A stretch of 63,751 nt of DNA, counting the filler, from Thraustochytrium aureum (taxonomy: Eukaryota): the NCBI GenBank assembly GCA_012862495.1. It is 4 parts of 3 records of this genome, joined end to end, with 100 filler letters (N's around TTAATTAATTAA, not from the genome) between each part and the next. Parts side by side here need not be neighbours in the genome. Positions count along the whole stretch, not along the records: positions 35,553 to 62,468 come from BLSG01000105.1; positions 62,569 to 63,751 come from BLSG01000110.1; 2 more parts are not named here. One strand, given 5' to 3'. Under the pieces are notes generated by a model. That model saw only the letters and a list, made by a program, of their open reading frames with translations. It did no database searches and was not told the origin of the DNA. Shown here one piece after another: positions 58,960 through 63,751 of this stretch (positions are counted from its first letter, which is position 1; each line of letters starts with the position of its first letter). The translations under genes were made by a program, and so were the position numbers.

Positions 58960-61817
58960 ATGGCGCATGGCGCGCACAGGTCGTCGGGCATGGCCTCGGT
59001 TGAGATTGGCGGCGGCGGGGCCCCCAAGACACAGAATGGATCGCGGTCGTCCTCGTCCCTGGGCTCGCCAGGAGCTGGGTACAGCATGCGCTCGTCCGGA
59101 AATCGCAAGGTCATCCCATCGTCGAGCTCAAACGCCAACGACGGCGAGGTCGCTCGTCTGCGGCAGAGATTCTACAGCTCCCTCAGTGCGATGCGTGGCG
59201 AGTCACAGGTTGAAGGCCCTGGACTGGACTTGAACATCAAAGGCAGTGCAGATCGGCCGTTCTTGCAACGTACTATGGGCATGCTTCGATTCGATGATGC
59301 GCGCGTGGAGGGCGAGTTCCTCATGATCCAGAAGCGAACGGCAAGGCCAACACTGACGTTTGTGATCCTGCTCCTCGCCGGCGTTGAGATCACAAATGTA
59401 GGCTACGACACAGCATTCTCACCGGGCCCCCGAAACGTGCGCCTTCTTCGCTCCTTGCTCTGTGTGCTGGGCCTTCTCATCAAAGCGGGGCTGGCTGCGG
59501 CCGCGCGGTTCAAAGCTACGGCGCTATTTCGAAGCCTCAACACGAAAGCGGTCACGCTCGTTTTTATTCAAGCGCTCACGCTCGTGATGACGCAGCACAA
59601 GCGCGCACTTGCGATATTCGACCTCTCAATCGACGAGCTGTGCACCGTGAGCGCGAGCGAGGAAAACGGTGGCGGCCAAATTGCTCAAGTCTATTGTCAG
59701 AACGAGTGGAGCTCGTCTGACAGCCTGCTGCTCCTGTGCCTTGTCGTGCTTCTCGTTTCGGTCACCTTTGCGCTGGGCAACGTGCGCGTCACATTCTTGA
59801 GCTCGGCTGCTGTGTTTTCCGTTTACATGGTCGTCTCTGCAATAATCAGAGTTCAAGTGCACCCCCTCGACGCCTTCATGCTGTTTGTCCTCGCCGGGTC
59901 ATGCACGTCCGGTGCGTTCCTGATCGAGACTCGACTGCGCGCTCTTTTTGAGCGCACTGTAATGACCCGTGACGCGCTCAGGCGCAACAGGCGTTTGCGG
60001 GCCTCCTTCGACCGCCACGTGGACAACGAGCGGACGCTCCTCGAGCAGACGCAGCAGCTTCACGAAGAAAACCAGTTACTGCGCAAAAAGGCCAAGGTGC
60101 TGGACGAGACCATGACCGACGTCGAGTTCGAGTCGCCGCTTCTAGCCGCGATATACGACTTGCGCGAGTTGCAGCGCAAGGCGCGGCACAGCAGCAACTT
60201 GGGCACGGTCGACACGATCGAAAAAGTAATCAAAAACTTGCAGAGCAAGCGTCTCCAAGACATCGACGTCTCGGTGGGCACCAAGCAGAGCTCAACGCTC
60301 GATGCGAACACGAAGGAGTGGCTCTCCGAAGCAACGAGCGGGTGGGACCAGCGCCGCCACAAGAACCGCATGCACAGAACGGACAGCGACCCAAGGCCGA
60401 TCTTGCGCAACAGCGTCTCGATCTCGCCGAACGTGAACGAAAGGATTGCAGAGGACAAAAACGCGTCGCTTTCCCTCGCTTCCAGTGCGTCAACAAGCTA
60501 TTATTTGGCCAAGGGCCAAACGCGGGCGCGGCGGGCTCTTGGCAGGCCGGTGGGGGGCTGCAGGCTGTCGACTCATACAAGCCTCCAGCTGCAATCGAGA
60601 AGCTTGGAGAGCAAGCCAACGCGACGCCGGGGCCGCAGCTGCTAGCCGGGGACGACCTCGCGGTCTTGCTGGAACGAGCAAACTCTTGGGACGAGTTTGA
60701 CGCGCTCAAGTTTGCACAGGCTGCCGAGTACCCGCTCTGCTCCATGGTGGAGCACTGCGTAGCGCGGCAGGGCACGCTCACATTTCTGGATATCAGCTAC
60801 TCGAGGATGATCAATTTTCTCCAGTTCGTGGACCGCACGTACTGCTACGGGCAGCAGTTCAACCAATCCCCCGAGAGCCACGCCAAGCTGAGCAACCCGT
60901 ACCACAACAATTTGCACGCGACAGATGTGGTCCAGTCGGTCTTTTGCTTTATTAACGCCGCGGAGGCCTACCGCGACTTGTCGCCGCTTGACCTCTTCTC
61001 TACCCTGTTGGCTGCGGCATTGCACGACTACCACCACCCGGGGAAGACAAACCAGTTCCTCGTGACGCAGGGGCACCCAATCGCTATTCAGCACAACGAC
61101 CAGAGCCCGAACGAGCGCTTCCACCTATCCGAGGCGTTCCGCGTCATGCAGGACGACCGGCGCAACTTTCTCGTCCGCCTGCCCCGCAAGCAGCGCCTCG
61201 AGGTACGCCAGACCATCATCGACCTCGTCCTCGCTACCGACCTCTCGGCCACCATGAAGTACCTCTCAAGCTTTCAGCTCTTCCTCTCGCGCCGCCAACA
61301 GCGGCTCAAGGAGACTGGAACCGGAGCCGATGCGTACCAGCTGGGCACCGTCAGCGAAGAGCCAATGGTGCGGCGCAACTCGAGCGAGTCGCTCAGCTCC
61401 GGGGGGTCGTCCCAGCTGGACACTGAGGAGAGCATCCTCCTGTTGCAGATTGCAATCAAGGTTGCCGACATTGGGCACCCAGCCAAGCCCCTGAACCTGC
61501 ACTTGGCTTGGAGCGACCGCATCCAGAAGGAATTTTTCATTCAGGGCGACATCCAAAAGGCCGGCGGGTTTCACGTCGACCCGCTGTGCGACCGGGACAC
61601 GGTGAACATGTGCAAAGCCCAGATGGGCTTCATCGACTTTGTTTGCCGTCCGCTCATCCAGCCGTTCTCAGAGTTCATCGAAATGCCCAGCCTCACGGAG
61701 AACTTGGTCCGAAATTACAAGTACTGGAGCGACCAGGACAGCACCGTGCGCAAGACCGGTTTGACCAAGAGAACGCTGCTTTCGCCGATCAAAAAGCCCA
61801 AGCTGGTCGTTGATTGA
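58960..61817 (+). CDS. Membrane-anchored class I 3',5'-cyclic nucleotide phosphodiesterase (frame join somewhere in 60320-60640)
   Basis: About 6 N-terminal TM helices and a coiled coil, then NPYHNNLHATDV, ALHDYHHPG, LVLATD, IKVADIGHPAKP, EFFIQGD and QMGFIDF. Confidence 0.92.
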
Positions 61818-61922
61818 GGGCCAGCGCGCGCCGAGCGCGCGCGGACGCACAGTTTCGAACCCGCACCGCCTCGAAGATAATCATGAAAAGTATTCACAGT
61901 TTCGCCCAGCGCGAGAGCTACA

Positions 61923-62468
61923 CTAGTAGGACAAGGCCCCGGAGTCGTTCGGGATCTCCAGCCGCAAATTGAGCGGGTTGCTGCTGTCCTCGCCCTCCCC
62001 GCCGGAGCCTTGGGCGCTCCCACGCCCCTCACTGGCAGCGGCCCCGGCCGATGCGCTGTCTGTCTTTCCTGCGAGGGACTCGCTCTGCTTGAGCGGCTCG
62101 TCGACGGGGCCGTCCCAGCGCTGTGAAAAGGGCGACTCGCCCGAGTCGTACAGAAGTGCTGCACTCCGTCTTGGCTGGAGCCGTCGCAGCGCGATAGATT
62201 GCAGCTTGGCCTGGATTTCCAGCCAGAATTCGACCGAGTCGCAGCCCTTCGTGACGGCGGCTTCCTGCTCGACATCTTGCAGCGTGAGCGCAAGCTGCTC
62301 GGTGAACGCGACCACCGACGAGGACCGCGGGAGCCCAGCCACCTTGCAAATCTCGCGAAGTCTCTCCTCCTCACTCGGAAGAACGCCGCACAGGACGTCC
62401 AGCAGGTCCTGCTGCGCGTACACCGGAAGCAACAGCACGCTGTTTGGCACGGGCGGCCTCGGCGGGTC
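61923..62468 (-). CDS. C-terminal fragment with an RGS-like motif (scaffold end)
   Basis: DSVEFWLEIQ resembles the RGS ENLxFWL motif. The frame is open to the gap. Confidence 0.4.
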   Translation of the reverse strand, partial: DPPRPPVPNSVLLLPVYAQQDLLDVLCGVLPSEEERLREICKVAGLPRSSSVVAFTEQLALTLQDVEQEAAVTKGCDSVEFWLEIQAKLQSIALRRLQPRRSAALLYDSGESPFSQRWDGPVDEPLKQSESLAGKTDSASAGAAASEGRGSAQGSGGEGEDSSNPLNLRLEIPNDSGALSY

Positions 62469-62512
62469 NNNNNNNNNNNNNNNNNNNNNNNNNNNNNNNN
62501 NNNNNNNNNNNN

Positions 62513-62524
62513 TTAATTAATTAA
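62513..62524. other. Artificial scaffold spacer
   Basis: TTAATTAATTAA within Ns. Confidence 0.97.
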
Positions 62525-62737
62525 NNNNNNNNNNNNNNNNNNNNNNNNNNNNNNNNNNNNNNNNNNNNCTCGTGCTACAAACACCTTGGCGTTTAAATGG
62601 CGCTCCAATGGTCAAGCGATGAAAACTAGGAGCACTTGCAGACCCAGAACGCCATCGTGCTCGAGCAACCCCAGCGCCGTCCTGCAGCCGACACATTTCC
62701 CCATACGGCGACAAAAGTTCCTGTACGCTGCCCAATC

Positions 62738-63184
62738 ATGCGTAGCGCCTACTTCCTCGTTTTGGCGCTCAGCAACGTGCTCAGCGCTTTTGCGGGCTGC
62801 TGTGACGATGTTTGCGGATATGGAAACACCTGCGTCGGGCAGTGCGTACTTGGTGTAGTGCAGTGTTCGTGCTCCGGGTCGTGCTCCGGATCGTATACGC
62901 AGTGCGTCGAATACGCCTGTGGGCCTCAAAGTAGCAGTGGTATGTGCTTCGGAGGAGATGGCTGCAACTGCATTGGAGGCAATGTGGGCGAAATGTGCCT
63001 CTTGACGTTTATCGGTTTGCTTGCGGCTATTGCAATTGTGGCGAGTATCTCGTGCTGCTGCATTGGCCTGTGCGGGCCGCGATTTCAATTCAATCGCACT
63101 GTCGTTACCCAGCCGTCCACTCAAGTCCAAGCGCCTGCGACGGCGCAGCCTGTGGCACAAAAGGCAGACCCGAACAGCGTCTGA
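62738..63184 (+). CDS. Small Cys-rich single-pass membrane protein (Shisa-like architecture)
   Basis: Signal peptide MRSAYFLVLALSNVLSAFA, Cys-rich ectodomain, TM helix ending in CCC, Pro/Gln/Thr tail. Confidence 0.75.
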   Translation: MRSAYFLVLALSNVLSAFAGCCDDVCGYGNTCVGQCVLGVVQCSCSGSCSGSYTQCVEYACGPQSSSGMCFGGDGCNCIGGNVGEMCLLTFIGLLAAIAIVASISCCCIGLCGPRFQFNRTVVTQPSTQVQAPATAQPVAQKADPNSV

Positions 63185-63751
63185 CCTGAAAAGGACTCGA
63201 ATCCGACAGGAAGACCAGAACGTATGCACTCTCCCAATACGTTTTAACATATAGGTACCGCACAACTGCACTCGCGCGTATCCAGACAAGCTTTTAAAAA
63301 ACAACTCGCAGCCCAACATCGCGATCACTTTTGGCGAAGCTATCCGCTCTTTGGGGTGCACCATCGCATTTTTGAAAGCAAACAGGGACGGCTTGGCTGT
63401 TGATGACGGACATCAGACTCCGCAGTTCTGTTTGTGCTCGCGCCAGGGCGTGCAGCGGGCACAAGCACATGCACTTTCGATTTGCAAGCTCGGCTGTTCA
63501 GCAAGTTTTGACGACACACTGGGGCTCGGTTTCTTGAAAAAGTGGTAGGACCTCGGGCGGGGCCGACCCGGGATACTCGCCAAACTCGCAGTAGGCGTGC
63601 CTTCGCGCGGGGTCGGCTTCTTGCACGAACTGCAGGGGGTTTAGCAGTTTGCATCGCACAGGTGAGCTCCATCCGAACGCCTCGCTGTTGAGCAGGTCCT
63701 TGGAGAGGAAAGTCGTGGATGCCCTGCTTCATCGTCGAGTTGGTGATCTTG

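Overview
This is a GC-rich, intron-poor eukaryotic draft assembly. By inference it is a flagellate stramenopile, probably thraustochytrid/labyrinthulomycete-like: it has epsilon-tubulin, dense genes and short GT-AG introns with CTGAC branch sites. Three artificial N44-TTAATTAATTAA-N44 spacers (5696, 35497, 62513) join four separate scaffolds, and many N gaps hide parts of genes. About a dozen single-base indels, mostly in homopolymers, split genes and look like sequencing errors. Recognisable genes: Ariadne RBR ligase, HRD3/SEL1L, a condensation-type acyltransferase, ornithine decarboxylase, neurochondrin-like, COG4-like, a DnaJ protein, Rap1-like, a TPR-NudC/CS co-chaperone, a histidine phosphatase, TrmB, GH2 beta-galactosidase, a 7TM receptor, epsilon-tubulin, a PDI and a membrane-anchored cyclic-nucleotide PDE. 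Most unusual items: (1) a >1340-aa piggyBac-like transposase with a YqaJ/lambda-exonuclease domain inserted between the second and third catalytic Asp motifs; (2) a probable receptor kinase with about 21 extracellular WD40 repeats; (3) an ODC leader uORF resembling the polyamine-sensing AZIN1/ODC uCC; (4) a rhodopsin-like GPCR with Lys at the opsin retinal-binding position; (5) a Rap1-like telomere protein. All family calls come from recognising motifs by eye; no searches were run.
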